Shown here piece after piece: positions 39,101 to 51,729 of a stretch of 64,000 nt of DNA; position 1 is the first letter of the stretch; each line of letters begins with the position of its first letter. Where the stretch lies: NCBI GenBank assembly GCA_965202585.1, contig OZ241827.1:97898001-97962000 (forward strand), in the 5' to 3' direction. The position numbers and the translations under genes are program-made. Source of the DNA: Thalia democratica. Its lineage: Eukaryota. The notes under the pieces were generated by a model. The model saw nothing but the letters and a program-made list of their open reading frames with translations. It searched no databases and was not told where the DNA came from.

Positions 39101-40442
39101 TTAATTTTAAAGACATAAACGTTTATTCAGTATTCAAAAAATAAACTTCTAAAATTTTAACAACATACCATAAACAAACGAACTTAATTAATCCTTTACG
39201 TGGTTGCCACTTTAAAAGAAAAAATGTCTGATTTTCATCAAACCAGTCTAAGTTTATTTAAAGTTTACAAGCAAAAGAACTGCTTTAAAAAACAAAAACT
39301 TACGCACCTAACTAAAATAATATCATTATTAAAAAGTACATAATATGAAAATGAGCTGTACAAACTACAATTAATAAATTACACTACAGTCATAAAAAAA
39401 TGTTTAAAGAATTCAAATATTATTTCAAAGTATTAAAAGTAAAAGCTTTTTACAACTATTTTAAAATTCTCAAACAGGTTCAACCTAATGTGAGTTTCTC
39501 AAATTCTTAAACTAGTCTGTTTTTTTAGCAACTTTGTTTCAAATAAACTTTACGAAATAAAGAATTAAAGATGTTATTAACAATGGAATAAATGTATACG
39601 ACAAAAAAAATAGTATAACTCAGCTTTAATAGATATTAAAGTTTTCTTAATTATAATTGACAACAGTAGAAATATTTATTAAGCCTTTAATAAAGTAGAA
39701 ACTTATTTCTCATAGAGCATAGTGGAAATTATGTATTTCTTATCTGCAATTAAAAAAATAGATTTGAAAAAGAGATATGTAAAATGAAAGAAGAAGTATA
39801 AGAAATACAAATTAAACATGTTTTTTAATAATTCCAAATTTATGATATCTTACTAAACATTTTCTTTAGCTAACATGAAACGTTTTAATAATGAAGAAGT
39901 AAGTGTTTATATGAACTAATACTTAAATGTTATGTTAAGTTAACTACCTAACTTATTTTTCTGTGAATAGCACTATTTTTTTATATTCAAATTGAGTACA
40001 TACTAAAAAAAAAACTAACAACAATAAACAAAACTAACAAAACTATGCCAGTAAACATCTTAAACCACCTTTATCTAGCAATTGCATGTTTAAAAAAATA
40101 CTAGACTTATTTTAAGTTAGAATGTAGGTTGTAGAACAACAATTGAAAATATTTATTATTCTTAGTTTTAATATTTGTTAGTAGTTTAATTAGTTTTAAC
40201 TTTAAACATTTATTTTTTTTCAAATAAACAATGCTAATAGGAAATTTAAAAATTATATGTTAACTAATTTATACTCATTAAAACTGGGTACAGATTTGTA
40301 TATAATTAAAACGGAAAAAAATTTTACATTCAAGAAAATCAAGTTTGCATTTATTCTTTCTACAAATACCAAATACTTTAATATAACAAAAATGTGTTTA
40401 ATTCAAAGGAAATATAGAAAAATATAACGATAAAACAATAAC

Positions 40443-40558
40443 AAACCGCTTTTCACGGTTTTAAATTCCGAACAAGCCATAAACCAGTTATATAAAATTT
40501 TATTTTAATTTAAATGCTATGAAGAAAAAGGTTTTTGAGTAAAAATGTTTATACGTCA
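40443..40558 (+). other. Bipartite module (mirror copy at 37677-37793)
   Basis: AAACCGC-TTTTC-ACGGTTTTAAA ... ATACGTCA; spacing 97. Confidence 0.7.
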
Positions 40559-42115
40559 TCAAAACATGTACCACTTGTTACTTTTCGTCATAAACATAAA
40601 ACATCAATTTGTTTATTAACTTTTAAGGAAAATTTTGTTCTAAGATATTTACCGCTATAGACCGTGTAAATTGATATATAATTACCTCATACAATTATAA
40701 AATGTATTAGCTATTTTAGTTTCATTTAATCAAGTATTTAAGATTGATATTCGTGTTTTATACTTTAACTTTATGTCAATTGTTTTTTTTTTGAATCGTA
40801 TTTGCCGATTTTAATATTTTAATAACATTAAATTATGTATTATAATCAAAATCTTATTTAAGGTTTAGCTTTAACATTTTGCTATCAGTAAGTTATTTGA
40901 TAGTTCACAATGTTATTTAGTTTTGTGGTGCATTTTTCTATTAAAACTTTGACTTAAAAAAGTATTCTAAATTATCATCTTATACGTACAATATTTATCC
41001 CTAAATTTTCTTAATGTTATTAAAACTCTGTTATAATAAAAATTTCTATTATCAAAAAACAGTAAAACTTATTAAAACTATCAGTTAAATTGTAGTATTA
41101 GATATTTTGGGAATGATCTTAATAAATATAAGATTAAATAACCAATGTGTTTTTTGTGCATACTAAGTTATATTTGATCATAGAGGACTGTTTGTTTTTA
41201 AGATTTTACTAAGTTATGTTTAGTTTTTTAATTTTCATTGAACGTAATTTGTTTGTTTCTATTTTCTTGAGTATTGTTAAAGTGGCTCAGGTGTTAATGT
41301 CCGAGCCCATCTTCGCAGATGGACTCCAATAATAATAACGTATTTTTTTTTTAATTATTTATTTTTTTGTTTTTCTCTATTAATATACTTGGTCCTGCAC
41401 ATATATTTATCATAAAAATACATAATAATATAAAAAAAAATAATAGTTCGATCCTAGACAAGATCTTAAAAGGTATCTATGAAGTGCGACCTGATAACCG
41501 AAAGGTTTTGAGTACCTTTTTGAGTACTAGGTCCTTGAACTAATATTTTAAGCGTATTTTTTGTTGTTAAATATTCAATTTTTACGTCCTGTAACTTTTT
41601 GTTTTTTGTATAACTTTTGAACCTCTGTTTACTTAAGTGTTTTTTAATTTTAAAATTAAACTATCCAAAGATTAAAGACAACCTTTTTTGTCTTTATGAA
41701 ACATATGTTCTAAAATTTATATAATTATTTTAATTTTACATATAATTATTTCAAAGCCTTTCAAGTTAGCTTTGAAGAAAGTGATTAAGTTTAAAAAATT
41801 ACCTTATTTCTGTACATATAATATCTAAAGGTAAGTTTGTTTTGAGAGCTTAAAAATTTAGAATTTGCATAGTGTGCTAATGTTAGTATATGTACCAACA
41901 CACGTGAATAATGTAGTTAGTTAAAACTAGTTTGTCTGTTAAACTAAAATTTAATTACTTGTAGTTTATAACAAAATGGTTTGTTTTATACATTATCCTA
42001 TACTGCACAACGCAGTTTTTAAATAACATCTTTTAGTGGTGATTCGCTTATAACTACTGTAAATAAAAAAAGACAAAAAATTAATTCAACTTTATTTTAC
42101 CTAAAAGTTTGTTAG

Positions 42116-42234
42116 TGACGTAGCCATCACAGTTCTAGAAATTTATGCAGTTTATTAAAAATAAACTTTATTGAATTTGAAAAACTGAATGCTGAAGATT
42201 ACGTTCAAAGTTTGTACCACATAAGAAGTGGCTT
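42116..42234 (-). other. Bipartite module, ACCAC/GTGG type
   Basis: TGACGTAG ... TTTGT-ACCAC-ATAAGAA-GTGG-CTT; spacing 98. Confidence 0.8.
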
Positions 42235-44626
42235 AAAAGTAATCTAAAAATTAAATTGAGATAGCAAGCACACTTGATAAAAGAATTAGAATAATTAATT
42301 CTCATACAGTTTTTACTGCTATAAATACATAAGTTTAATATTTTAAAACAAAAACGAGATACACATGATTTACAAAATTTAATAAGTTTCGCTAAAGTTT
42401 AAAAAATGATGTCAGTTAATAAAATTATTAGTACTTTAGATTTTAAAGTTTTTCCGGATTTTATATTCAATTATAAATGAACAAAGCGATATTAGATAAG
42501 TAATTATGAAATATAAGCTCCATCATAAATACCCAATAATGATAAAACTATCATGTAAATAAAACAAGCTCGAAAGACTTAACTTAAGTGATATAATCAA
42601 GTTAATTAAAAATTAAAAAATATATAAACACTAGAATTTATTTCTACACTACTAATACTTAAAACCACAAACAAAAATAGAAAGTTTAATATAGTTTAAA
42701 ATAACTGAAACAATAAAAAAGTATAAATTGATAAATCAGACAAGAACATAAAACTAAACATGAAAAGCGACAGACAAAAAATACGCAATCATAACCAAAA
42801 ACTTTTTATCAGCAAAATTGAAACTAATTAAATACTAAAACAAAGAAAAATTAAACCGTTCATACGAGCAGTTTAATATATTTTTTAAATACAGTTTAAA
42901 ACATTTTTATAATACAACCTTTCCAAACTTATCAAAATGCATAAACTCTTAAGATAATAAGATCAGCGTATTTTTCAAACAAAATTTGCTGTGAAAAAAG
43001 CCTGCATTATTACTACGTCATACTATTCCCAAAAAATACAATTTCAAAATTTCTATATAACATTGTTAATAAACTTTAGCTTAACTAATGAGTATACGAG
43101 GTAGTATATGTCATACACGAAACGTTCGTATAAACTTATTGTTTTTTAAATAGACAAATAAATATATGAATTTAAAAAACAATTGGTTTACTGTTCTAAA
43201 AAATGTGTGTATATATGACTTTTCTTCTAACTTTGGTACTTTCAAATTAATTATCTTTTAGTATTATGTGTATTAAAATTTATTTAGTAAGAATACTTTT
43301 ACTTTAAATCCATATTAAATAAAAATTAAATTTACCCTAATTAAGGACTATAATACTTTTTTATCTTTAGTAATATTTTTAGAATGTAAAACTGTTTATA
43401 GAATTGAATATTAAGTTTGTTTAAATTAATTTTAATTGAATATTTGAAAAAACTTTTCAGTTTATTAAAACCTTTTTTTATGATTGAATTGTATGATTTT
43501 TGTGATTTTTGTGATTGAATTGATTATGATTTAAATTGTATGATTGAATATGTATGAATTCAAAAAATAATTTATTTTTTCAAATTTTGTTATAACTTTC
43601 TTATAAGTTTTACATTTTAGTAAAAAAGCAAGTTTTTTCAATAATTACATTCTTCAGTAAGTTAGAAAATACGAACAATACGAACTAAAGAGTAATAATT
43701 TATGAATTGATAATACAAGCCTGATAACCGTAAACACATTCAGTTATATTTACTATAACACCCTAGTTTTGAAGAAAGTCTTTTTCATTTGAAGCCATTT
43801 TGTACTGCAATACAGTTCTATGCTTAAGTATAACAACCATAAATATAATTATAATATAATGTTATTGTGTATATATAGACAAATCACTAACTATCAAACA
43901 AGTTATTGTATACATTTTGATAGTATTAAAATTATGTATTTAAGATTTATAATTCTATACCGATAAAGCAAAATAATTTTTAAAAACTGTTACCTGCTTT
44001 CGTTAATTTCAATTTTTGTCAGTCGTTTGTATCTAATTTCAGCTATTCTATTAGTTTTGCAGCCAATTTTTACTATAAAAACTTAGTCATTCTTTCAAAA
44101 TAGATTAAAGCATGTTTTTACATTCTTAACTATTTAAGTAATCATAGTTTATCATACTTTTTGTAACCGATAACATAAAATAAAGTTTTATTTATGCATC
44201 ACAGAATTAAAATAAACTATACTTTTTTAATTGAATGTTATAAAATGGAGAATGTTGTAAGTCAGATGGTAATTTAGTATATTTTAATACTAATTTTGCT
44301 AGAATTGTTAGATCATAGTATTGATTTGCTGTATATAAACCATAGTAGTATAAATTTTACAACCAGATAAATAGAGAGATAATTTAAACTTGAAGTGATT
44401 AAAAAATAAATCAACTATTGTAACTATACAACCTATTTATTCAGGAATTAAGATAACCTGTTCTTAAACTAGTCTTAAACTAGGTAGTATAAAAGTTCCA
44501 TGTCTGTCCATCTGTTTATAAATCATGCTAGAATTAAATACAAGCAAGTACAAGTTAGTACATTTTCATCTTAATTAATGATTTAATTTGAAATTAAAAA
44601 TGGATATATTACATGTGAATGCGTAA

Positions 44627-44743
44627 TGACGTAACGACATTATTTAAGCAAACATTTTTATAAAATGTTCTGTAAAAAATCTGATACTTTTATATGTTTC
44701 GTTTAAGCTCATTTACTTTTATTTTTAGTGCGGAAATCAGTTT
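44627..44743 (-). other. Bipartite module, degenerate stem
   Basis: TGACGTAA ... TTTTT-AGTGC-GGAAA-TCAGT-TT; spacing 98. Confidence 0.6.
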
Positions 44744-45042
44744 AATGAAAACTTTTAACTAAAACTAAAACAAGTTTTAATTAGTTTGAAAAAAAATACA
44801 GTTTGTACTTTATTTCCTTATTACAAACTTTAAAAAAATAAGTGTTCTTATCTATTTAAGATAGCAATAGTTGAGATATACAAATTGAATGAAGAAAGAC
44901 AAAATATTATGTTATTTTGTCACATAAATTAGATAAATATTTAAGCATAATATTAAACACAAGAAAAACTAAATAATTTTATAATATCTAGTACCTACCA
45001 AGTTACACTCATAGAAGATATTTTGTAATGTGAAAAATGTGA

Positions 45043-45157
45043 TGACGTAAGAACAATATTACCGTTAACTTACTTAAATTTTCTATATATCTAGCGACTG
45101 TTTTAAAGTTTTGTGTAAATGTTCATTTGAATATTTGTACTCTGTTGTGAGCAGTTT
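45043..45157 (-). other. Bipartite module
   Basis: TGACGTAA ... TTTGT-ACTCTGTTGTGA-GCAGT-TT; spacing 94. Confidence 0.75.
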
Positions 45158-45369
45158 ATATTGGTTACAATAAAACTGGTCAAAAGACTAATTGGGTGTG
45201 CTTGGTTATTTTTATCATCGGATAAAAAGCAATAGTTATCTATTATTTAAGATTTAGTTTATAACATTAAAAGTAGTTTTGAAATGTTCAAATTGTAATG
45301 ACACAAACATAAATTTACACCAAAAGTAATATGTATATTTTTCTATTTAAACAGTGATATGTATATATA

Positions 45370-45730
45370 TAAACAATGAACTTTACCGCAAGATCAACAA
45401 CAACATCATCCGAGACAATCCTACGACCGGTTTCGTCCTTATTAGGACTCATCGGGCAGGAATAGTCGCGAGAAACCGCTATTGTGATCTTAAAAAAGCG
45501 GGCTTAAGTACAAAGTACTAAAGCGACCGTTTGTGGGTAAAATTGAAAAAATGACACAGCTAAATCATTCACAGCCCAACGTCTCAGGCATTGTCAGCTT
45601 TTTGTGAGATTATAGTCTGCGCTCGTTTGATCAGTTTTAGCCGGTATTTATTTCGCCCATTATCAACAAAGTTGAGATGTTATATGAGTTATAACATCTT
45701 AACTTTGTTGATGATGGCCGAAATAAATTC
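45370..45730 (-). mobile_element. Penelope-like element terminal-repeat fragment ending in a fold-back
   Basis: Reverse-complement homolog of ~30240-30564. Hairpin arms at 45646-45683 and 45691-45727. Confidence 0.7.
45419..45461 (-). ncRNA. Minimal type I hammerhead ribozyme, core U4 mutated to C
   Basis: Minus strand reads UCCUGC CCGAUGA GUCCUAAUAAGGAC GAAAC CG GUC GUAGGA: stem I UCCUGC/GUAGGA, stem II GUCC/GGAC, GAAA core, very short stem III, GUC cleavage triplet. Confidence 0.85.
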
Positions 45731-46311
45731 AACAAAATTTCCTTATTCAATGTAGGCAAATATTTAATAATTTTATTTTAACTTCTAGGCAAATTTGTAC
45801 TGATATTTTAAGTCTAAAAATGACATAAATTTTATAAGCAAGATAGCATTATTTATAAGTAGTATTTTTTAGCTTATATTATTTTCAAAGTTTTGTTTAA
45901 TTTGATTGTGGTTCTCTCCAGCTGTTTTTTTATTAAGTGGTAAGGTTTCATTAGACAATTGTTTAGTTTTTTTTTTCCATATTTTTTTTTTACTTAAAAA
46001 ATAATGCATTTATTTTAGAAAATAATTACGTATTAATAACTATACAGATTTTTAATTAAAACTTTCGATTATTTCAAATTAGAAAGAATTATTAAAAAAA
46101 AAAATTTTGGCAATTAAACACATACGTTATTCAAAAATAATAGTTCACAATAAATATATACTGTTCTACATGTATATAGTCTGAACATACTATCACTTTT
46201 TTTTGTTCTTACAAATGTTTCGAATTTTTGATGCAATAATATAAGTAAACTTAGTATTGTAGTGTTATATAAAATACATCAATTACAAATTAGAATAATT
46301 AACTAAAAATA

Positions 46312-46426
46312 TGTATTCTTTGCGCATCACAAATACAATGCCGTTTTACTGATGCAAAATTTAAATCTATAAGAGCATTTATAAAAAAATCTTAAAAATA
46401 AAGCATATTTATCGATCGTTACGTCA
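46312..46426 (+). other. Bipartite module, GCATCACAAATA variant
   Basis: GTATTC-TTTGC-GCATCACAAATA ... TTACGTCA; spacing 96. Confidence 0.65.
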
Positions 46427-46949
46427 TTTAAATGTTTAGGTAACTGAATTAGCTTTGTAGGTTTTCTACAAAATTACTAATAACTTGAATAAATTACTTG
46501 AGTTTAATATTATGCTGAAGTTAAATAAAGAACAACTTTAATAGAGAAACCCACTCAATTGTTGTGCCTTGTTATCTATAGTAGTATTGATATCTAGTAA
46601 TACTAAGTCTAGGGTAAAGTAATGATTATGTCAAATCCCGAAAGTAACGACACACTCAGATTAAGGCCCAAACGTAAACGTTCTAGGGTAAATGGACCTT
46701 TGTTGTTGTTGTGTCACCAACACTCTATGGTTTCAATGGCGACCTCGGACGGTTTAAATGGCGTTCTCGAAAAAATGAATTGACAATCATTTGATAAACA
46801 GTTGATTGAATAAAGTTTCATAGGGGGTCACATCGATCAAAATGCCATAAGGGGATCTAAACAAATTGGCATGAGGGGTGAAAAATAAAATGATTATGCT
46901 ATTACGACACAGCTAGCTGATAGTTAGAGGACTTTTATATAGCTGAGCT

Positions 46950-47300
46950 CCGTAAGCAAGTTGCACGTACCAAAATAAGCCAAGTGTGGCCCTAAGTTCA
47001 AAATCTGCGGCCCGAGAGCTTTTTTTCAGCCAAAAACTTACTGTTTTAAAATAATAAAATTTAAATTTTTTGTTTTAAAAACTTACAGTTAGACTTTTAA
47101 TTCATAAAATACATTTTATTAGTGCTCTATTATTGTTTAATTTGTCAGTTTTTTAACCTAAAATAATATTTTTCTACTAATAACTATAACTTTACCTAAA
47201 TAAATGCGGTCCTTGAAGATATTTTTCTGAATAGTGTGGCCCGCGAGCAACTTTTCCTAGGAAAATTGGCTCGTGAACTTCAAAAGTCAGCCGCTATCTG
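46950..47300. mobile_element. Degenerate hAT-type MITE
   Basis: Repeated TGTGGCCC/TGCGGCCCG subterminal motifs and a worn AAAAGT..GCC.CT..CTG right end; no TSD seen. Confidence 0.5.
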
Positions 47301-47536
47301 ATTTAAGCCATGAAATTTAATATAAGGCTAATCGAATTCGATTTTTATTCAGATATAACAAGCGATTCTAATTATTTTTTTTACAATAATTTATAAAATT
47401 CACAAAGTTGTTCCTTTTTTTATTTATAAATATATTGAAATCTTTATAGGACAAATGGAGCTTAATTTATATTTTATTTTCTAGTCTAGCTTTATATAGT
47501 TTGCAATTATTAACTTTATAGTTTAAGTTTATTTTA

Positions 47537-47651
47537 AAACCGCTTTAGGCAGTACAAATATCTTCATCAAGAATCAAGTCACATTTGTAAGATTATTAAA
47601 CTTAAATTGGAAAACTTCAAATCGTTTTGCGATAGTTTATTTATTACGTAA
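47537..47651 (+). other. Bipartite module
   Basis: AAACCGC-TTTAG-GCAGTACAAA ... TTACGTAA; spacing 96. Confidence 0.8.
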
Positions 47652-47979
47652 CTAAAGTATTTACAAACTAAAACACTTGTAAAACAAATTTTTAATATTC
47701 AAAATAATTTATTTGTGCATACTACTTAAAAAATACTCGGCACAACCTAAACTAATGATAGCTGATTAACTTTTTACTACCTAAATAAGTTATACATCTA
47801 CTTAACTTTTAGAATGTTTGTTAAACTAAAATTGTTAGTAAGTTGTGCAAAAAATTAACTAATTAGTTTGAATTTTTTAAATAAGGAATATGTACACTGT
47901 AACTTAATTTAAAAATTTAGTTGAATTGTATAAATTAAGTAAATAAAAAAAAATGGTTACCAACAAAATTGCACAATTT

Positions 47980-48096
47980 AAACTGCTATATGCAGTACAA
48001 AAATCAGCGGAATGAATAGCGATTAGTTATTAAAATTCTAACTTGATTTAAGCTTAGGCTTACAAACTGTTTTACAGAAATTTTGTTGCTACGTCA
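47980..48096 (+). other. Bipartite module
   Basis: AAACTGC-TATAT-GCAGTACAAA ... CTACGTCA; spacing 98. Confidence 0.85.
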
Positions 48097-48919
48097 TTGA
48101 GTTAAATGTGTAAATAAAACACTTAATGTTACATGAAATTACTTTAAAAATATTTCTCAAATTACGCTAAACCAGATCTAATATTACTGTATAAATACTT
48201 GTAACTTAAGTTATATCATTGGAAAAAACATTATACCAAAAAGTGTAAACAAATGAGAATCGTTGCAGAACGTCCTAAACATTAACGTTAAGCTGGTTCC
48301 AAGTGGCGACACGACAACCGAAAGATTTTTTATATTAGTTAGGTCGTAAAACCAATTATTTTTTTTTTTAATTTATTATCAATAATGATAACTAAATTTT
48401 CTTTTTTTTTTTATTAGAAACAGTTTTTTATAAGACAATTAACTTTTCAAAAGAAAATTTATTACGAAATATAAAACGGTGTACAAACATAACTTTGCCT
48501 TTTGAAGAAATTTGTTTGCTTTTTTATAACGACCGTTTTTTGTTAATTTATAATATGCGCTTAAATACAAATTAACATGAAAATTATGGTAAACCGAAAC
48601 TTTTAAATTTCATAAGTTCATATTTTTGTAGACAACAAGACTTTTAACTGCTCAGGTTTAGTCAATGTCGAAGGGATGCACGATAATTCTAATTCTGATA
48701 TTTAAATCTGAAAATTAGGTGTTTTATTTTTTTATAAATGGCCGCAACTTATAAATAAAGATATTCAAAAAAACGTATGTAGGTTTAATTAATACTCCTC
48801 ATTATTTTTATTTTATTTTGCCAAGCAAACAAATAAAAGGTAATATTTTATTTATTTAGCGTGTTATTACTAGTTAAGGCTTAGTTCGATTTATTGCTAG
48901 TTATGTTATATTTATTTTT

Positions 48920-49039
48920 AATCCACAAATTTTTGTGGTACAAATTTCGTGTGTACTTGTGTAAGTAACATCCATCAAATTAAGTTACATTATATCTTAA
49001 ATGATTATGGAAAGTGATCGAACTTTTGATACTACGTCA
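48920..49039 (+). other. Bipartite module, CCAC/GTGG type
   Basis: CCAC-AAATTTTT-GTGGTACAAA ... CTACGTCA; spacing 98. Confidence 0.8.
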
Positions 49040-49219
49040 TTATTTGTCTTTAATATAATACTAACTGTAAAAAATAAACTTATTTGAAAACTTCAACCAA
49101 TGAATAAAAATAAGTATAATATATTAGTAAGTTAATTAATTGTTAGTTAGGTTACAAAATGTTCAAACTAATACATTTTTGAAAAACAAATTAAATTTAC
49201 TTGTGCTAAATTTTTCTTA

Positions 49220-49222
<3 letters not shown>

Positions 49223-49252
<30 letters not shown>
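49223..49252. repeat. (AT)n microsatellite
   Basis: About 15 consecutive AT dinucleotides. Confidence 0.95.
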
Positions 49253-49258
<6 letters not shown>

Positions 49259-49313
49259 AGGTTATTGTTTAAACGTAAACACTTTCAACTGAGCCCACTT
49301 GAAGGGCTTTTAA

Positions 49314-49833
49314 ATAATTTATTCAAATGGCGATTTTGAAAATTCTGGAACATATGTTTCACAAAGCTTTAATTTTTCATAAAGCTTTGATCATCAGCCA
49401 GTTAAATTCAAAATACAAAGCACTGTACTAAACAAAGATACAAAAGTTATGCAAAAAAAACAAAAAACAGTATGACGTAATATTGTACATTACAAATATT
49501 CAGTACAAAAATCGATCTACCTTCTAACTAATTAAACAACTAAAATTAACGAAAACAACAGTTAATTGACTATAAAATGCTTCAAAATTTGTTATTTTTT
49601 AAAGCTTTTTTTAAGGTAGATTAGAAGGTAGATCGATTTTTGTACTGAATATTTGTAATGTACAATATTACGTCATACTGTTTTTTGTTTTTTTGCATAA
49701 CTTTTGTATCTTTGTTTAGTACAGTGCTTTGTATTTTGAATTTAACTGGCTGATGATCAAAGCTTTATGAAAAATTAAAGCTTTGTGAAACATATGTTCC
49801 AGATATTTTAAAATCGCCATTTGAATAAATTAT
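49314..49833. repeat. Near-perfect fold-back palindrome: ~214-bp arms, 93-bp spacer
   Basis: 49314-49527 is the reverse complement of 49621-49833 apart from a few differences near the outer end and one homopolymer length difference. Confidence 0.95.
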
Positions 49834-50557
49834 ATATATATGTATATATATATCAAACGATGTTGATCGAATATGTTTACGTTTAGATATAGCTTCATGT
49901 TTAATTAAGTTTAATTCATGTTTTATTAAGATATTAAGTTATTATGTAAAAGTACTTACAAACAAAGCACATTTACTTAATTACGACTACATTATTTACA
50001 AATATTTTTGTTTTGTTTTTTTTAAGAATTTTGTTACATCAATAAAATATGACGAAGCGTTTTTATAAGTAAAACATGAATTATTCAAAACTCAAAGTTG
50101 TCTTGAATGAATAAAGTACAAACAAGCTACACGTATTTCAATGATTTTAGCTAAATTAACACTAGGATTAGCTAAAGTGGTATGCTAGTTGTTTGTTGAG
50201 TTTAACTATAATCTTTGTGTTATGTGCTGCAACTTTAAAACTAAGAAAATTTTAGCAAAAACTCTTAACATTTTGCAAATTTATCATAAATAAAGCTATT
50301 AATACAAATATAATGTAAATCAAGGTTCAAAAGATATTTTTAAACAAGGTACTATGTTTTAAATACAATTATAAAACTTATCGATGAAAAGTAAATTTTA
50401 AAGTTAACATTTGTTAATACTTTACAGATAATACAATAAATTTCTTTTCGTATATTCGTTATGCTATTTTAAAAGTAAAAACATATTATTTTGACAAGTT
50501 TTTAAAGTAGGTTTTTTAGTTTGAATGCCTTATGGTATTCGGTCTATTAGAGATTTT

Positions 50558-50675
50558 AAAATGCTTCACGCAGTACAAATTTCTAAAAAGCAAAGATGTG
50601 AAGTATTTGTAACACGTATAATAATATATACACAAGTTTAGTATAAAAAATTACAAACTTTAAACTGTTACGTCA
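50558..50675 (+). other. Bipartite module
   Basis: AAAATGC-TTCAC-GCAGTACAAA ... TTACGTCA; spacing 99. Confidence 0.85.
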
Positions 50676-51310
50676 CTGAAACTTAGATGTAACAAAAAAT
50701 TCTTATAAAGTTTATAAGTACATGCAAATTCTAGTTCACTTAGACTTCATTCATGTTTGAAATTGGAATAAATTAGATTTTTAAATTTTAACTAGCTATG
50801 ATGCATAATATTTATAAGCTACATGATGTTATTACAGCTTGTTAGACAAACTTTAAGGTTACCAATAAAAAATCTGTGTGATTTAAAAACGAACTGATAT
50901 TAGATTAATAAAACCGTTTAGAAATTATTATCGACTGTTAAAGAATTGTTTAGTAAACAATAAATTAGCAAAAATTGCAGTGCGTAAAAAAAAAGCCTTA
51001 GATAAATTCCCAGATAAATCAGTAAAACCAAAATTAAAATTAAAAAATATCTCTAAAAAAAATTAGTATTTAGTTTACGAACAAACGTTTTCAATTTTTT
51101 AAAGGTTAATTATTCGTATATAAGTAACAAAAAAAAAAATTAGTAGTTATAAGATTATTACAAAAAATAGTAATTTTTTTTATAAAATACATGTAAAACT
51201 TTTAAGGGGTAATTAACATTGTTATCAAAAAAATGAAAAATTGTCTATATTCTATTATTTTCCTCGTTATTTTATCACTGTTAAGTAGAATACTTCAAGT
51301 TTATAGAAAT

Positions 51311-51428
51311 TGATATGATTAACATCAGTGTTAAAGCAAATATCTTTGCATAGTATACATAAATCATAGAAACTCAAGTTATATTATTCAATAGTATTCG
51401 GAAATATTTGTACTGCCAAAAGTAGTAT
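51311..51428 (-). other. Bipartite module with CpG-decayed CRE
   Basis: TGATAT (TGACGT after two transitions) ... TTTGT-ACTGC-CAAAA-GTAGT; spacing 99. Confidence 0.6.
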
Positions 51429-51533
51429 TAATAATTTATAATCCAGTTGAAGATTTAAGAATTTAAAAAAAACTCACTACAGAATTCTATTTAGAAACAA
51501 AAAGTAGTTTTTAACATATATTATATAATTATC

Positions 51534-51729
51534 TGTGTAGACTACACAATGTTGCTTTAATTACTAGGAAATGGTTATATCGTGTATTTTATATTCTAAA
51601 AATATAGTTTTAATTAATATTAAATTAAGCTTTTATAATTTTTTATTAGTTAAAACTATATTTTTAAAATATAAAACACAAGATAAAATCATTTCCTAGT
51701 AATTAAAGCAATATTGTGTAGTCTACACA
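51534..51729. repeat. Small fold-back palindrome, ~85-bp arms
   Basis: TGTGTAGACTACACAATGTTGCTTTAATTACTAGGAAATG... mirrors ...CATTTCCTAGTAATTAAAGCAATATTGTGTAGTCTACACA. Confidence 0.9.

Larger units (their letters stand above)
35624..42455. repeat. Large inverted duplication: arms ~35624-38986 and 39246-42455, 259-bp spacer
   Basis: Reverse-complement alignment can be followed along the arms (e.g. 36001 AAACCACTATTTTGTGGTAC vs 42214 GTACCACATAAGAAGTGG; 36920-36940 vs 41278-41302). Innermost ~100 bp nearly identical; one ~170-bp indel near the outer end. Confidence 0.92.

Noticed and set aside
28768-43817. Stem-loop halves at 28768-28795 and 43798-43817 as full modules
   Set aside because: Good proximal motif but no CRE-like site ~98 bp away; counted only as half-modules.
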